IMG/VR virus record: IMGVR_UViG_3300002171_000004
Location: 1 to 38,853 of that record
Direction: 5' to 3' (one strand)
Length of the DNA stretch: 38,853 nucleotides
From: a virus
Taxonomy: Duplodnaviria; Caudoviricetes
Translations under genes and position numbers: made by a program
The notes under the pieces: generated by a model
The model's input: only the letters and a program-made list of their open reading frames with translations
What the model was told of the DNA's origin: nothing
Databases searched by the model: none
In this document: piece by piece, positions 16,846 to 27,135 of the stretch
Numbering within the stretch: position 1 is the stretch's first letter
How the letters are laid out: each line of letters begins with the position of its first letter

Positions 16846-17769
16846 TTATTTTGAATTAATATTATCTACTTTAGATTTTAGTTCTTTTATGGAGTTGATC
16901 AATAGGGGAATTATTTCATTGTAATTAATATATTTAATACCTTCAGAATCAGTGGAAACAATCTGAGGAATTATTTTTTCAACTTCCTGAGCAATTAAGC
17001 CTAAGTGAGTAATTCTATCTTTATCATTTTTATAAATAAAAGAAATTGGATTTAATAAGGTTATTTTATCTAAGCTAATTTCACACACTTTAATTTTATC
17101 TTTTAATCTAAAATCAGATCTATTACTAAAATTATAAGCCCACACAGTATTAGCTCCATCAATATTATGCTCCTCCATTTTTATATTTTGACCAAAATAA
17201 TGATCTTTAGCAGAATAAACTCTTTGATCAGAGACAGTAAATAAATTTTCATTATTAGCAGAGTTAGTAATAAAAAGTTTATTAGAATCAGTTAAAGTAA
17301 TTCTAGAATCTTTATTTGAATCAGACCATAATTGAAAATAATCACCTGAATTACCTTCAATATTAATAGCTTTTTGATTTCTGACGATAATACCGTTTTG
17401 ATTAATTTTAGCTACCTCAGTTCCACCAGAATCACGCACAGAAATAGTTCCATAACCATCACTACTTCCACCAACAATCAAATCACCAGTACTAGTAACG
17501 ATTGAAGCAAGAGTGGTAACACTTAATTTAGCAGCAGTAATTGAATTGGCAGCAATCCGATCAGCACTGATGGTCCCAGCAGTAATTTGAGTGGCATTTA
17601 TATTTCCAGCATAAACCCATTCTGCTTTAACTGTTTTAGCTTCAATATTAGTACAACTTATTTTGTCACCATCAATAGAACCATATCTTTCTGAGGCCCC
17701 CATTACAGCATAACCACCTACAAATTGAGTACTTTTTTCATTATTATTATCACCTGGAAATTGGATCAT
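16846..17769 (-). CDS. Tail spike/fibre with C-terminal intramolecular chaperone (peptidase S74) domain
   Basis: ITAGTISADRIAANSITAAKL repeats; SDFRLK, GLIAQEVEKIIP, INY..IIPLLI.SIKEL. Confidence 0.85.
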   Translation of the reverse strand: MIQFPGDNNNEKSTQFVGGYAVMGASERYGSIDGDKISCTNIEAKTVKAEWVYAGNINATQITAGTISADRIAANSITAAKLSVTTLASIVTSTGDLIVGGSSDGYGTISVRDSGGTEVAKINQNGIIVRNQKAINIEGNSGDYFQLWSDSNKDSRITLTDSNKLFITNSANNENLFTVSDQRVYSAKDHYFGQNIKMEEHNIDGANTVWAYNFSNRSDFRLKDKIKVCEISLDKITLLNPISFIYKNDKDRITHLGLIAQEVEKIIPQIVSTDSEGIKYINYNEIIPLLINSIKELKSKVDNINSK

Positions 17770-18848
17770 GTGCGAACTCCTTCTAAGATTGGGTGAGGTA
17801 TTTCCACTCCAGAATCAGTAACTACCACCTCCATGCCTATAACTCTAAAATAACTATCTAAAGCAACCCTACCCCGATTAATTCTGACTCTAATACTATC
17901 TCCCATTAAATAACCATCATAAGGAGCTTTTTTGGAAGTAAAACTTAAATACCAATTCTCAACAGGATCTTTATTTTGTTTTAAAAAGTCTTTAGTTTGT
18001 TCATCCAATTCTGATTGGCTAGAAATGGAATCAAATAAATAGGAAATTTCTCTTAAATAATGAGTTCCTCGGCTAGTAGAATCAGTTTCAGTTTTATTAA
18101 TTACTTGAGGACCAGAAATAATTCCCAATCCTTTGACATCATTCCTAATGTATCTTAAATCTTGGCTATAAAGAAAATCAGAAATTTCAGAATCAAGTTC
18201 AAAAATAGCCAAAGGTTTATCTGATCCCACATTTCTTAAAAAACTAAAGGTTGGAGCAGTTTCTGATAATGAAACTCCCATAACTGTATTTTGGACCCAA
18301 GCACCTGTTGGAGAATTGGATCTAGAAATATAAATCATTTGTTGGCAGAGAGTAAAAAAATCTTCATCAAAAACAGTTCTATTAATAGTCTTGGCATTAG
18401 TAGTTGAAGTGGTATAAGGATCTTCAATGTTTCCTTTTTTAATTATGTCACCCAAAATTGCTCCAGTTCTAGCATCAATAGCATCCCAAATTGGAGAAAT
18501 AATTTCTGTGCCTATTTTTTTACCAGTATAAGTTGTATTCCACCCTACCCGATACCATTTTAAACATTCTAGATATCCCAAACCATAAAAAGTGGTTTTA
18601 TGAATATCATCTGAAACAAAGGCCACAAAACCTTGCCAACACAAAATTCCATTTCTGTAGAGGTGAATTCTTAAAAATTTTGAAACATCTACAAGATTAT
18701 CTAACTTAGGATCAGTAACAGGTACAGAAAATTTAATACGACCAGGTTGATTTTCGTATTCGTCATATTCAAGTTCACTAAATTTTTCAAATTCATATCT
18801 TTCCCCCGTAGGGAGGATAATAACTGGAGAATATTTTATAAAGGCCAT
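17766..18848 (-). CDS. Baseplate hub / Tal-like protein (siphovirus Gp37-like); likely start MAFIKY at 18848
   Basis: G.I.FSVP, LYRNG.LCWQGFV and Y.MGD.IRV.I...FRVIGMEV; immediately follows the Dit-like gene. Confidence 0.65.
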   Translation of the reverse strand: MAFIKYSPVIILPTGERYEFEKFSELEYDEYENQPGRIKFSVPVTDPKLDNLVDVSKFLRIHLYRNGILCWQGFVAFVSDDIHKTTFYGLGYLECLKWYRVGWNTTYTGKKIGTEIISPIWDAIDARTGAILGDIIKKGNIEDPYTTSTTNAKTINRTVFDEDFFTLCQQMIYISRSNSPTGAWVQNTVMGVSLSETAPTFSFLRNVGSDKPLAIFELDSEISDFLYSQDLRYIRNDVKGLGIISGPQVINKTETDSTSRGTHYLREISYLFDSISSQSELDEQTKDFLKQNKDPVENWYLSFTSKKAPYDGYLMGDSIRVRINRGRVALDSYFRVIGMEVVVTDSGVEIPHPILEGVRT

Positions 18849-19672
18849 GCTGACCTCCATGAAGTGACAATGCCACAATTAGAATTGTTTGATAAGGCAA
18901 TTGTATTATTTCCTGGATTAATCATCAACCAATCGGAAGTTGGATCAATATAATCTCTTCTCTCAACTCCATCAAGTTTAACTGAGTGGAGTCGGGTATC
19001 AATAACTAAAACTTGACCAACAGTTAAAGCAGTGGTCACAACTATTGATTCTCCAGTAGTTGAATTAGTAATGGTTAAATTAGTAGCAGTGGTTCCAGAG
19101 GCAGTAATGGTAATAATACAAGGAGTTTTACAAGTACCAGCATTATTAGCGGTTCCAGCATTAGCCAAATTAGAAGCGATTTGTAAATATTTTCTAGGAT
19201 CTTGAGCTTTTAACTGTAAAATTGATGGTCTTATAAGTCCAGCAAGAACATCTTGAGTCACCTTTGGTGTTTCTACTGATTTTAAATAAATTTGAAAATT
19301 ACGAGAGGTAGAGCCTACTAATTCGGTCCATTTAAAAGGCATATAACCCATATTCCCAGCATCAATACCATAAGTGGAATCGGCTTCTAATAATTCAGGA
19401 TTAAAAGCTTCTTTTAAATCTTCAATCAATTGGCTCATATCAGCCAATGAAGAAGCGTATAGCATTATTGGGATTTGGACGATTCCTTTACCAGCTTGAG
19501 TACCATAATCAATAATCCCCATATCAGTAACTCTAGGTTCTTCAGTATTCTGAGAGACAGTATCCAAAACAGCAGAACTATCAACCAAAAGATATTTTGT
19601 TGGATCAGTAGTAATATCATTTAATTTAATCCTACTATTGAAATCATATATTGTTCTTGCAAATTCTGTCAT
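18836..19672 (-). CDS. Distal tail protein (Dit)-like
   Basis: LQLKAQDP.KY, N.GT..TP.IITIT, LVIDT...SV.LDG and W..INPGNNTI...WRSAW. Confidence 0.75.
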   Translation of the reverse strand: MTEFARTIYDFNSRIKLNDITTDPTKYLLVDSSAVLDTVSQNTEEPRVTDMGIIDYGTQAGKGIVQIPIMLYASSLADMSQLIEDLKEAFNPELLEADSTYGIDAGNMGYMPFKWTELVGSTSRNFQIYLKSVETPKVTQDVLAGLIRPSILQLKAQDPRKYLQIASNLANAGTANNAGTCKTPCIITITASGTTATNLTITNSTTGESIVVTTALTVGQVLVIDTRLHSVKLDGVERRDYIDPTSDWLMINPGNNTIALSNNSNCGIVTSWRSAWPL

Positions 19673-20553
19673 TATTGTAATGAGGCCAGAGAAGCATCTT
19701 TTAGTTGCTTTTTGAGATCATTGAATTTTCTCTCATATTCTCTAGCATGAACTCTTAAATTTTCAAATGATACTTTAGAACCCTGTTGGAGTTGTCCCCA
19801 CTTTAAAAATCTTGGGAAGTCACTGGCCAGTTTTAAATAAGCACTCATTTGCATGTGAAGAATTAAAAGAGAATCCAAATAAACTGGAACCTCACCAATG
19901 TCTAAATATTTTTTTTGAGCCACTAATCTAATTGTGTCTCCATCATTCCAAGTAGGTAGTTGATCAAACCTTAATTGATCTTTTTCAAACTTCCAATATT
20001 CAGTTTTTACTATTTTAAAATTTCTATTAAGAGAGGCAGTAGTATTGATATTTCCATAGCCAACCTCACTAATACTAAAAATACCAAATGGAACAGTATA
20101 AATGTAAGTCACATTTGGAGATAAATTGACAACACTTAAAGAAGTGTCAATCACATTTCTAAAAAAGTCAGGATAAAGAGCTTGAATTGCATCAACTTTG
20201 AATCTTTCTCTATCATTAGCAGTGAATACTTCTGAAGTAGTATCCTGCATTTCATCCATAAATCTTGAATCAAGCCTATCTTGGCCACCTAAAACATAAT
20301 CTGAAGGAGTTGATTCAGCTCCACTACTAGAATCATACCAAGTGGAAGCGTAATATTTAGTTAAATCTCCAGCCAAATCAGTATAGGAAGTAAATCCTGG
20401 ATGTAGTGGTGTAACAGTTGTTAAATCAATATCTACAGTAGCTACTAAAGTAGATCCAGTTCCTAAAACATCATTAGCCCGATAAAATCTTACCTTATCA
20501 AAAGTATTGATCCCATCAGTTGGATTGTCTGAATAGTGTTTTAATATAGCCAT
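19672..20553 (-). CDS. Putative head-tail adaptor with an N-terminal Ig/FN3-like domain
   Basis: Beta-rich N-terminus (YTD..G....YY..T.Y.S..G.ES..SD), then a helix/beta-insert/helix adaptor-like layout. Confidence 0.45.
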   Translation of the reverse strand: MAILKHYSDNPTDGINTFDKVRFYRANDVLGTGSTLVATVDIDLTTVTPLHPGFTSYTDLAGDLTKYYASTWYDSSSGAESTPSDYVLGGQDRLDSRFMDEMQDTTSEVFTANDRERFKVDAIQALYPDFFRNVIDTSLSVVNLSPNVTYIYTVPFGIFSISEVGYGNINTTASLNRNFKIVKTEYWKFEKDQLRFDQLPTWNDGDTIRLVAQKKYLDIGEVPVYLDSLLILHMQMSAYLKLASDFPRFLKWGQLQQGSKVSFENLRVHAREYERKFNDLKKQLKDASLASLQ

Positions 20554-20567
20554 AAATTAATTATAGA

Positions 20568-20777
20568 CTATTTCCCTTGATTAAGTTTTTTGAAATAGTC
20601 AGATAAATTAGTATAAAGAGTGAGTAAAGCAACTAAAGAAGCTGCTTTCCAATCAACTCCTAATGCTAATTGTCCAAAAAAAACTGCTAGTGATGGAGCA
20701 GTAAATCTAAGGGTATTTTTTAAATAACCTTTTAACTCTTCTTTATTTAATTTTCCACTAATTGATTTTTCTGCCAT
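20568..20777 (-). CDS. Putative holin
   Basis: 69 aa, two hydrophobic segments, basic termini, adjacent to the amidase. Confidence 0.6.
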   Translation of the reverse strand: MAEKSISGKLNKEELKGYLKNTLRFTAPSLAVFFGQLALGVDWKAASLVALLTLYTNLSDYFKKLNQGK

Positions 20778-20779
20778 AT

Positions 20780-21541
20780 TTATAATGAATTAATAAAATT
20801 AATAATTTTATTCTTATAGGATGTTTTTTCTCCTTGGCACTTGTCTTTAACATCTGCCAATGAATAAGGAAAATCTAATATACGCTTGCTTAACGCATTT
20901 TTTGTATCCTGTAATTCCTTTTTTAATTGAACATTTTCTGCCTTATAATCAGTAGTGTCTGATATAGTTGGTAAAATTATCTCATAAGATACATTTAATG
21001 CCTTACAAATTGACTTTACAATACCAGTGGCTATCAACTTAGTGTTGCCTAATAAAATAGAATCATGAGAATCTTTGGCTTGTCCCATTTCCAATAAAAC
21101 ACAGGGAGTTTTATTACTTAAATATTTCCACATATAATAAAATTTCATACCGTCGGTAACTATTTTTTTATTTACTATTTTTACTTCTGGAAAATAAACT
21201 TCATCAAAAACTTTTTTAATTCTTAAACTTTCTTGCCAAGATAAATCAACTGAAGGATCTCCACTTCCACACATTCCCCCACCCTGATCTCCCTTAACAT
21301 CCATATCGCAGTGAAGAGCTAGAGCAAGGTCAAAATCTACTGAAGTAATACTTTTATCGTCATTAGCATTTGCGTCTGTCTGAATCACGTTAATACCTCT
21401 CTCTCGGCACATAGAAGAAACTAAATTACCAACATCTAAATTTATTTTTTGCTCTCCCTCAGTTCCTGTATTTCCTCTCAAAGAAACTATTGAATTAAAT
21501 TTTATATTTTGATGACCGATTATAATTAATACTTTTTTCAT
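20780..21541 (-). CDS. Endolysin: N-acetylmuramoyl-L-alanine amidase (Amidase_3) with C-terminal coiled coil; likely start ATG 21541
   Basis: IIIGH, GE..IN, LALHCD and PCVLLEMG zinc-binding/catalytic motifs. Confidence 0.85.
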   Translation of the reverse strand: MKKVLIIIGHQNIKFNSIVSLRGNTGTEGEQKINLDVGNLVSSMCRERGINVIQTDANANDDKSITSVDFDLALALHCDMDVKGDQGGGMCGSGDPSVDLSWQESLRIKKVFDEVYFPEVKIVNKKIVTDGMKFYYMWKYLSNKTPCVLLEMGQAKDSHDSILLGNTKLIATGIVKSICKALNVSYEIILPTISDTTDYKAENVQLKKELQDTKNALSKRILDFPYSLADVKDKCQGEKTSYKNKIINFINSL

Positions 21542-21581
21542 ATTTTTATTTCTTTTTACCACTACATTTTTTATTCATAGG

Positions 21582-23006
21582 TTATAATTCATTATTAATA
21601 GCTAAATAAGTTGCTGCGTTATTATTAGCGCCTAGTTGGGCTGCTTGACCAGCAGTTAAACCAGAGGCGATAGAGCATATTATTAACGCCTGATAATTTG
21701 ATTTAATTGCTGCATTTAAGGCTGGTACAGCATCACAAGCCCCTAGAGAATCAGAACCATAAGCAATGGCATAATCTCCAGCTGTTCCAGTGGTTTCTAA
21801 GGTATAATTTGTATTTCTTTTTTCAACTTGAAAGTTCCAAACATAAGACAATTTAGTAGTAGAATAATTCCAACCTGTTCCAAAACGATTATAAGCAGTC
21901 CCAGCAGTTATTCTTTCATAGTATCTTTTACAATCTATTTTTTCTTGTGCTTCACTCTTAGGCATAAAAGGTAATGCTACATCACCAGCACAGAGTTGTA
22001 CTTGGGTAATTTCAAAGTAATTAGTTGTAGTTCCACTTCCAGCATGAGTAAAGGCAAAAGATACACCTATTTGAGTAATATCACTTGCGATTGCCGCAGT
22101 AGTAGTACAAGTGAATTTCTGCCACCCAGTAGTAAGAGTATTATTTTGTGATACTCCATTAGCAGAAGTAGTAAAAGCTAACACTTTTTGGTCAGTTCCT
22201 TTGCCTGTTACTATTTTAGAAACTAAGGTAGCATTATCAGCTACAAACTCAGCACCACCTCTAGCATAGAACGATAAAGTTAATTTTTGTCCTCTAAATT
22301 TGATACTATCTTGACTTTCTAAGGCTTGAGAAAAAGTTAAAAGTTCATCTACATCACTAACCATTTTTACTCTTGCACAATATTTTGAACCATTTACACC
22401 AGTTCCATCTTCTTGACTAACTGTTTTATCAGTACCAGCAGTGGCAGTTTCACAGTACCATCTATCTAAAGTATAATCATTAGCACTGGTCATAGCGATA
22501 GAAGTACCTCGTTGAGTTACATCCATATTTCCATTTATTATGGCTTGACGAAAGAGAGAGTTCATTGGGTCGTGCCATTGTATACCAGTAGTTTGATTTG
22601 AATCAGCCATTGGAACTTGACCATTAGTACCTACACTTAAAATAGCAGGAGTATCATTAGCACTAGCAGTAATTAAATCACCTTTAGCATCAACTAAAGA
22701 TTTAGCAATTTTAGTATCTGCATAAGTTTTAACAGCTTTTTGTGAAGGTAAAACAATATCAGAATTAGCAGCTAAAGCTCCGTCTGTGTCTAAAGAAATT
22801 GACCATTCGGTTGTTCCTGTTCCTGTTCCATATAAAAATTTTCCCAAAGTTGGAGTTGAGGAAGTTATACCTAATTTAGTTTCAATAGCCACAATAGCAT
22901 CCCGAGGATAGTTTTGATCTATGGCCAATATATCATCAACTGCATCCGTTACTGTTCGTAAGCTAGTAGAATCATCTAAACTTGTTGGAAAATTTGTTCC
23001 TGCCAT
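21582..23006 (-). CDS. Tail fibre / receptor-binding protein with carbohydrate-binding-like domain
   Basis: NFPTSLD...AIVAIETKLG anchor, AKGDLI..L.VGTNGQV shaft repeat, IINGNMDVTQRGTS...DRW, VQL..G..A.PF...C.RYY. Confidence 0.8.
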   Translation of the reverse strand: MAGTNFPTSLDDSTSLRTVTDAVDDILAIDQNYPRDAIVAIETKLGITSSTPTLGKFLYGTGTGTTEWSISLDTDGALAANSDIVLPSQKAVKTYADTKIAKSLVDAKGDLITASANDTPAILSVGTNGQVPMADSNQTTGIQWHDPMNSLFRQAIINGNMDVTQRGTSIAMTSANDYTLDRWYCETATAGTDKTVSQEDGTGVNGSKYCARVKMVSDVDELLTFSQALESQDSIKFRGQKLTLSFYARGGAEFVADNATLVSKIVTGKGTDQKVLAFTTSANGVSQNNTLTTGWQKFTCTTTAAIASDITQIGVSFAFTHAGSGTTTNYFEITQVQLCAGDVALPFMPKSEAQEKIDCKRYYERITAGTAYNRFGTGWNYSTTKLSYVWNFQVEKRNTNYTLETTGTAGDYAIAYGSDSLGACDAVPALNAAIKSNYQALIICSIASGLTAGQAAQLGANNNAATYLAINNEL

Positions 23007-23045
23007 AATTTTAAATTTTTTATATTAACTATAATAACTTTAACA

Positions 23046-23837
23046 CTATTTTTTAATAGTGACAATACTAGGGACCAAGTTCTTACTTCCATATTTTGGA
23101 ACCCCAGGACTAATTTTAGTAGAAATATTAGATTTTAATTCAATAATGGCTAATATTGTTGGTCTAACATAAATTGCTCGTAAAGTTGCATCTAAAGTAA
23201 AAGTAAAATCATGATGAAGATTTATTCTTGCATCTAGAGTAAAAGAATCAGAAAAATTCTTTATTAAATTGGCATAAAGAATAAAACAAAGAGGAGGTGG
23301 AGTTGGACCATAAGATCTTTGGCCATATTTTACTTGACCGTATTTACCTTCAGTTGTCCAATGTTTTAAAAGATCAGCATTAAGAGTAAACTGAGTTGTA
23401 ATATCATTTTTAATTAACCTTGAATCTAAGGTAAATTGACTTTCAAAATTTTTAACTAAAGCACAGTCAAGAGTAAAAGAAGAATCTATTATTTTAAATA
23501 AATCAGAATCTAAAGTAAAAGAATTTTCACTATTTTTTAATAAGTTAGAATCAATTAAAAAAGAGAATGAATTTTGTTTTAATAAAACAGCATCAAAAGT
23601 AAAATTAGAACTTTGATTTTTAGTTAGATTTGAATCTAAAGTGAATTGGTAAACAGTAGTTGCTTCCAAAAATGAATCCAGGGTAAAAGTAGAACTTTGA
23701 GTTTTAATTAAATTGGAATTTAAAGTAAAAGTTGAAGAGAAAATCTTATCAAGGTTTGCATTAAGATTAAAAACTACATTTAAAGGACCCCTACCATATT
23801 TTCTAGCACCGTATTTAAGTTGATTGTATAGTGGCAT
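23046..23837 (-). CDS. Putative virion fibre protein with thirteen ~14-aa FTLD-type repeats
   Basis: Periodic F-T-L-D/N-x-x-L repeats plus KYG/YG clusters. Confidence 0.6.
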   Translation of the reverse strand: MPLYNQLKYGARKYGRGPLNVVFNLNANLDKIFSSTFTLNSNLIKTQSSTFTLDSFLEATTVYQFTLDSNLTKNQSSNFTFDAVLLKQNSFSFLIDSNLLKNSENSFTLDSDLFKIIDSSFTLDCALVKNFESQFTLDSRLIKNDITTQFTLNADLLKHWTTEGKYGQVKYGQRSYGPTPPPLCFILYANLIKNFSDSFTLDARINLHHDFTFTLDATLRAIYVRPTILAIIELKSNISTKISPGVPKYGSKNLVPSIVTIKK

Positions 23838-24273
23838 TAGATTGTCCTTCTTTTATTGGATTGGATTCCCGCAATTGTTTTATTAAACTTTCATGATAAG
23901 CATGACTTAAAGTTGGCTCATCATTATTTAATTCTATACCACCACTTGGATAAATGTACATTATTGATTTAATTGCCACACCTTTTACATTTTCTTCCCA
24001 TCCAGCCAATATTAATGGCCATTCAAGTTTTAAATCATTTGAAAGATGATTCATTCTACGAATAAAATAAATCAATTTCCTTTTACCACCTAAAGTTATA
24101 ATTATTTTTCCATTAACATCTTTGTCGGAAGTTAACATAAAATATTTAACTTTTCCTTTTTTGTTAAATTCTATTACATCTTTAAAAGTATTACCGAAGT
24201 TTTCACTTAATTGAGTACCATCATCAAGCTGTGCTGTCCAAAAATATGTTTCTTTTATTTTTATTTCTCGCAT
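23815..24273 (-). CDS. Hypothetical protein in the structural module
   Basis: ORF overlapping the downstream gene. Confidence 0.65.
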   Translation of the reverse strand: MREIKIKETYFWTAQLDDGTQLSENFGNTFKDVIEFNKKGKVKYFMLTSDKDVNGKIIITLGGKRKLIYFIRRMNHLSNDLKLEWPLILAGWEENVKGVAIKSIMYIYPSGGIELNNDEPTLSHAYHESLIKQLRESNPIKEGQSNATIQST

Positions 24274-24298
24274 TGGATTGCTTCAATTTATATTTTTT

Positions 24299-24787
24299 TT
24301 AATTCTCGTCGTAAGAATAATTATGAGTTTGCTGAGTAATATCTCCAGGAGAAGCTGAATTAGCTACATCTAACTGAAGAACTAAGAAATCAGATTTATC
24401 ATTTACATTAACTAGTGTACCTGGAATTGTTAATTGGTGTGAAGTATCGTAATAATTTGTATCCTGTTGTGTTGTAGCCACTGAAGAATCAGAAGCAGTT
24501 GGAGTGGCTCCAGTGTCAGTTGTCCCAGCAAATAAAGTCAGACCTGTTCCTGGAGTTGTATTTGGACCCCAATATCTAAAATTAGTACATTGATTTGATG
24601 GAGCAACAGTACACTTAAATCTTAACCATTTTTCAAAAGAATGAGCAGCAGCACCAGAAGGAATAGTAATTGGATTGGTTTTAGTTAAAGCAACAGAATC
24701 ATTTGACCTCATCATCAAGCCAGTAATTGTCGCTTCAGTTGCGGCATTGGTTCCTGTACAACCTAAAAGAATTATTGTTGCTGCCAT
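24299..24787 (-). CDS. Thr/Ala-rich beta-rich virion structural protein
   Basis: Composition and position after the capsid gene; ends YSYDEN. Confidence 0.55.
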   Translation of the reverse strand: MAATIILLGCTGTNAATEATITGLMMRSNDSVALTKTNPITIPSGAAAHSFEKWLRFKCTVAPSNQCTNFRYWGPNTTPGTGLTLFAGTTDTGATPTASDSSVATTQQDTNYYDTSHQLTIPGTLVNVNDKSDFLVLQLDVANSASPGDITQQTHNYSYDEN

Positions 24788-24853
24788 AATATTTTTATTT
24801 TTTTATTAACTAATAAAATATTAACACTTTTATAAAGTCAATACAATTGATTA

Positions 24854-25255
24854 CTAACTTTGGAATAAATGATAAATCAATAATCCGATTAAAATAGTCA
24901 AAATTGAACCAGTTATTGTGATTAATGTGGCAATTTTAGTATTTTGTGTCTCTAAATTATTTATTCTAATTTCGTGATCACTAACTTTTTTACAAACTTC
25001 TTCATGTTGAACATTAGTTATAAAATTTTCACCCATTTTAGTTAAAGTTTCTTCTACTCTTGTTAGAGATTTTTTCATCCAAGAAGTGTCAGTAGCAACA
25101 ACAGCAATTGCAGTAGCAGATTCAGCTGCTGCCTTGGCAGCAATTTGAGCATTTTGGGAGGCAGCAAGGGCAGAATCAGAAGCATTTTTAGCAGCTAAAG
25201 CTGCGTTATTTGCCGCTATTGAAACATTGTCTAATATTACGTTTTTTTCTGTCAT
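24854..25255 (-). CDS. Coiled-coil protein with C-terminal TM anchor (XhlA/holin-like)
   Basis: Ala-rich helix, DHEIRINNLE, C-terminal hydrophobic helix. Confidence 0.55.
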   Translation of the reverse strand: MTEKNVILDNVSIAANNAALAAKNASDSALAASQNAQIAAKAAAESATAIAVVATDTSWMKKSLTRVEETLTKMGENFITNVQHEEVCKKVSDHEIRINNLETQNTKIATLITITGSILTILIGLLIYHLFQS

Positions 25256-25302
25256 TAATTAATTTTATAAATGTTTTAGATATTAAAACACTTAATAAAA
25301 TT

Positions 25303-25359
25303 GAGAATTTAACCCCCCATTCTCTAAGAACTTGCTGAGTAAGAGTCTCGCAAGTTAGA
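25303..25359 (-). terminator. Two hairpins downstream of the capsid gene (terminator or mRNA stabiliser)
   Basis: AACTTGC(25329-35)/GCAAGTT(25350-56) and GAGAAT(25303-08)/ATTCTC(25319-24). Confidence 0.35.
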
Positions 25360-25378
25360 CCCATATTTAGTATTCCGA

Positions 25379-26272
25379 CTAAGTTGTGATCTCAACCATG
25401 AAATCAGTCCTAAATGCACCAACACCGTAGAGAACGTCAGCAACAACTTCAGTAGCTAAGCTACGAATGTTGTAAGCAGCCTGAGTTCTAATTTCCTGTT
25501 GCATAGCAAGGGCGATAGCGTCCTTGTGGAACAAGATATTGTGGGTAGCAATTGGAGAAGATCCAGTGGTAGGAACATTAGTAGAAACGTATACATTCAC
25601 ACCGTAAATGACACCAAAGAAACCTTTGACTTTGGTAGGATCAAAAGATCCACCAGAAAGTTTTCCAGTAACAATTGGAGACATTGCAGCTAAGTAACCA
25701 ACAGCGTCCGCTCTCACGAACTTGTCAATACCGAGCAATGCATTCATTTGAGATGGCTTGATGACTAAGAAACGATCACCAGCTGGAACGTCAGCATCAT
25801 CAAGATACTGAATAGCTCTTCGCAAGTTAGCGTCAGTTATATCAACTCCAGCAGAACCAACAGAATTATCAGCAGAACTGTATAAAGCTAATAAATCAGT
25901 ATCCACTTGTTTAGCAAGTGCATAACCAACTTTTTCAGCATATTTAGCTCTGAGATCAACTATTGATTGAACTTTTACGATATCTTCAACTTTGAAAGCA
26001 GCGTAGTAATACTTATTGATTACTAAGTCAAATTTACCTTCAGTAACAGTTTCAAATGTTACATCAGTATCAGCGGCTTTTGCACGAGCGGTCAAGTCAG
26101 AGATATCACCAACGTGAACAGTGTCACCATAGGCAGAAATAGCACCTTCAAATTGGCGATTAACCAATTTAGCCATTACTAAATTTGCTTCAGTGGCAAC
26201 CCTACAGTCGGGAGACCATAACTCAGGAATGAAATTAGCAGCAGTAACGGTAGTTATATTACCAGTACTCAT
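25379..26272 (-). CDS. Major capsid protein (HK97 fold, P22-coat/N4-gp56-like)
   Basis: FIPELWS, GDTVH, GYALAKQVD, LDDADVP..DRFLVI.P, G.IYG.NVYVS, FHKDAIALA and D.LYGV. Confidence 0.9.
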   Translation of the reverse strand: MSTGNITTVTAANFIPELWSPDCRVATEANLVMAKLVNRQFEGAISAYGDTVHVGDISDLTARAKAADTDVTFETVTEGKFDLVINKYYYAAFKVEDIVKVQSIVDLRAKYAEKVGYALAKQVDTDLLALYSSADNSVGSAGVDITDANLRRAIQYLDDADVPAGDRFLVIKPSQMNALLGIDKFVRADAVGYLAAMSPIVTGKLSGGSFDPTKVKGFFGVIYGVNVYVSTNVPTTGSSPIATHNILFHKDAIALAMQQEIRTQAAYNIRSLATEVVADVLYGVGAFRTDFMVEITT

Positions 26273-26295
26273 AATTGTAATTTAAAATAACTCTT

Positions 26296-27024
26296 TTAAA
26301 TTACTCTACCCTCATTATATGCTAACGTGATTTCGTCTCTATGTTTCATCCATTCTTCATTGTTAGATTTTATTCTATCAATTTCCGCTTTGGTCCAAAT
26401 TTTAGTTGGAGAATTAGGAGTTAAAGTTGGATTATCCCTTTCAGGAGGCATAGGTGGATTATCAGGATTGTCAGCTGGAGGAGGAGTAATTATTGGAGTT
26501 ACATCCCCTGCAGGCACTACTAAAGTATCCAGATAACCAGGAAGATAAGTTTTCACTGCTTCAATTGTTTCATCCCAAGTAGGATTAGTACTTAAGTTTG
26601 ATCTGACTGCTTTGAGTAACCAAGGAGTCTCAATAATGTCCTCCGCAAGCGGATTATTCATTAAGTTTCGGTTGGTCAATTCAGTTTTTACAAATGAATT
26701 CAATTCTAAGCGAACACGTTTTGTGCGTTCCTCTTCTAATTGTGTTTGCAATTTCTCAGTTTCAGACATCTCAGCAAATTTGCGATCGTTCTCGGCTCTC
26801 TCATAAGCGGAAAGTCGTTCGTTCGCTGTGGTCAAAAGACCATTAAGTTCAGAGATTTTAGCGTCTTTTTTAGCAATGAGTCGTTGAAAACCAGCTTTTG
26901 TCTTTTCATCTAGTTGTCCTTCAATTTCAGTTGACAGTCCTTTATCGGAACCACCATTTTCAGGAGGGAGATTATCGTTTGGGATTTCTCCACCTGGTAA
27001 ATCGTTTTTGTTTATATCGGTCAT
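26296..27024 (-). CDS. Scaffolding protein
   Basis: Acidic N-terminus, coiled coil, Pro-rich linker, C-terminal EI..AY.EGRV; immediately upstream of the capsid gene. Confidence 0.8.
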   Translation of the reverse strand: MTDINKNDLPGGEIPNDNLPPENGGSDKGLSTEIEGQLDEKTKAGFQRLIAKKDAKISELNGLLTTANERLSAYERAENDRKFAEMSETEKLQTQLEEERTKRVRLELNSFVKTELTNRNLMNNPLAEDIIETPWLLKAVRSNLSTNPTWDETIEAVKTYLPGYLDTLVVPAGDVTPIITPPPADNPDNPPMPPERDNPTLTPNSPTKIWTKAEIDRIKSNNEEWMKHRDEITLAYNEGRVI

Positions 27025-27106
27025 ATAGGTTTGATAATGATTTGTCGGCCATACCCTATTTTTAATTAACCTCCTTCAAAATGGGTTTCAAATAATAACT
27101 AATATA

Positions 27107-27135
27107 AGTAAACAATAGTTTGATTATGGTGTCAA
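27107..27135 (-). promoter_or_regulatory. Possible promoter for scaffold/capsid
   Basis: TTGACA at 27135-27130 directly after the upstream stop; -10 is imperfect (TTTACT). Confidence 0.35.

Noticed and set aside
16846-23006. Diversity-generating retroelement targeting the fibres
   Set aside because: No reverse transcriptase and no template/variable repeat pair noticed
26974-27076. Strong AAGGAGG plus a 26-codon alternative-frame ORF overlapping the scaffold start
   Set aside because: The SD is about 17 nt from that ATG and there is no other support
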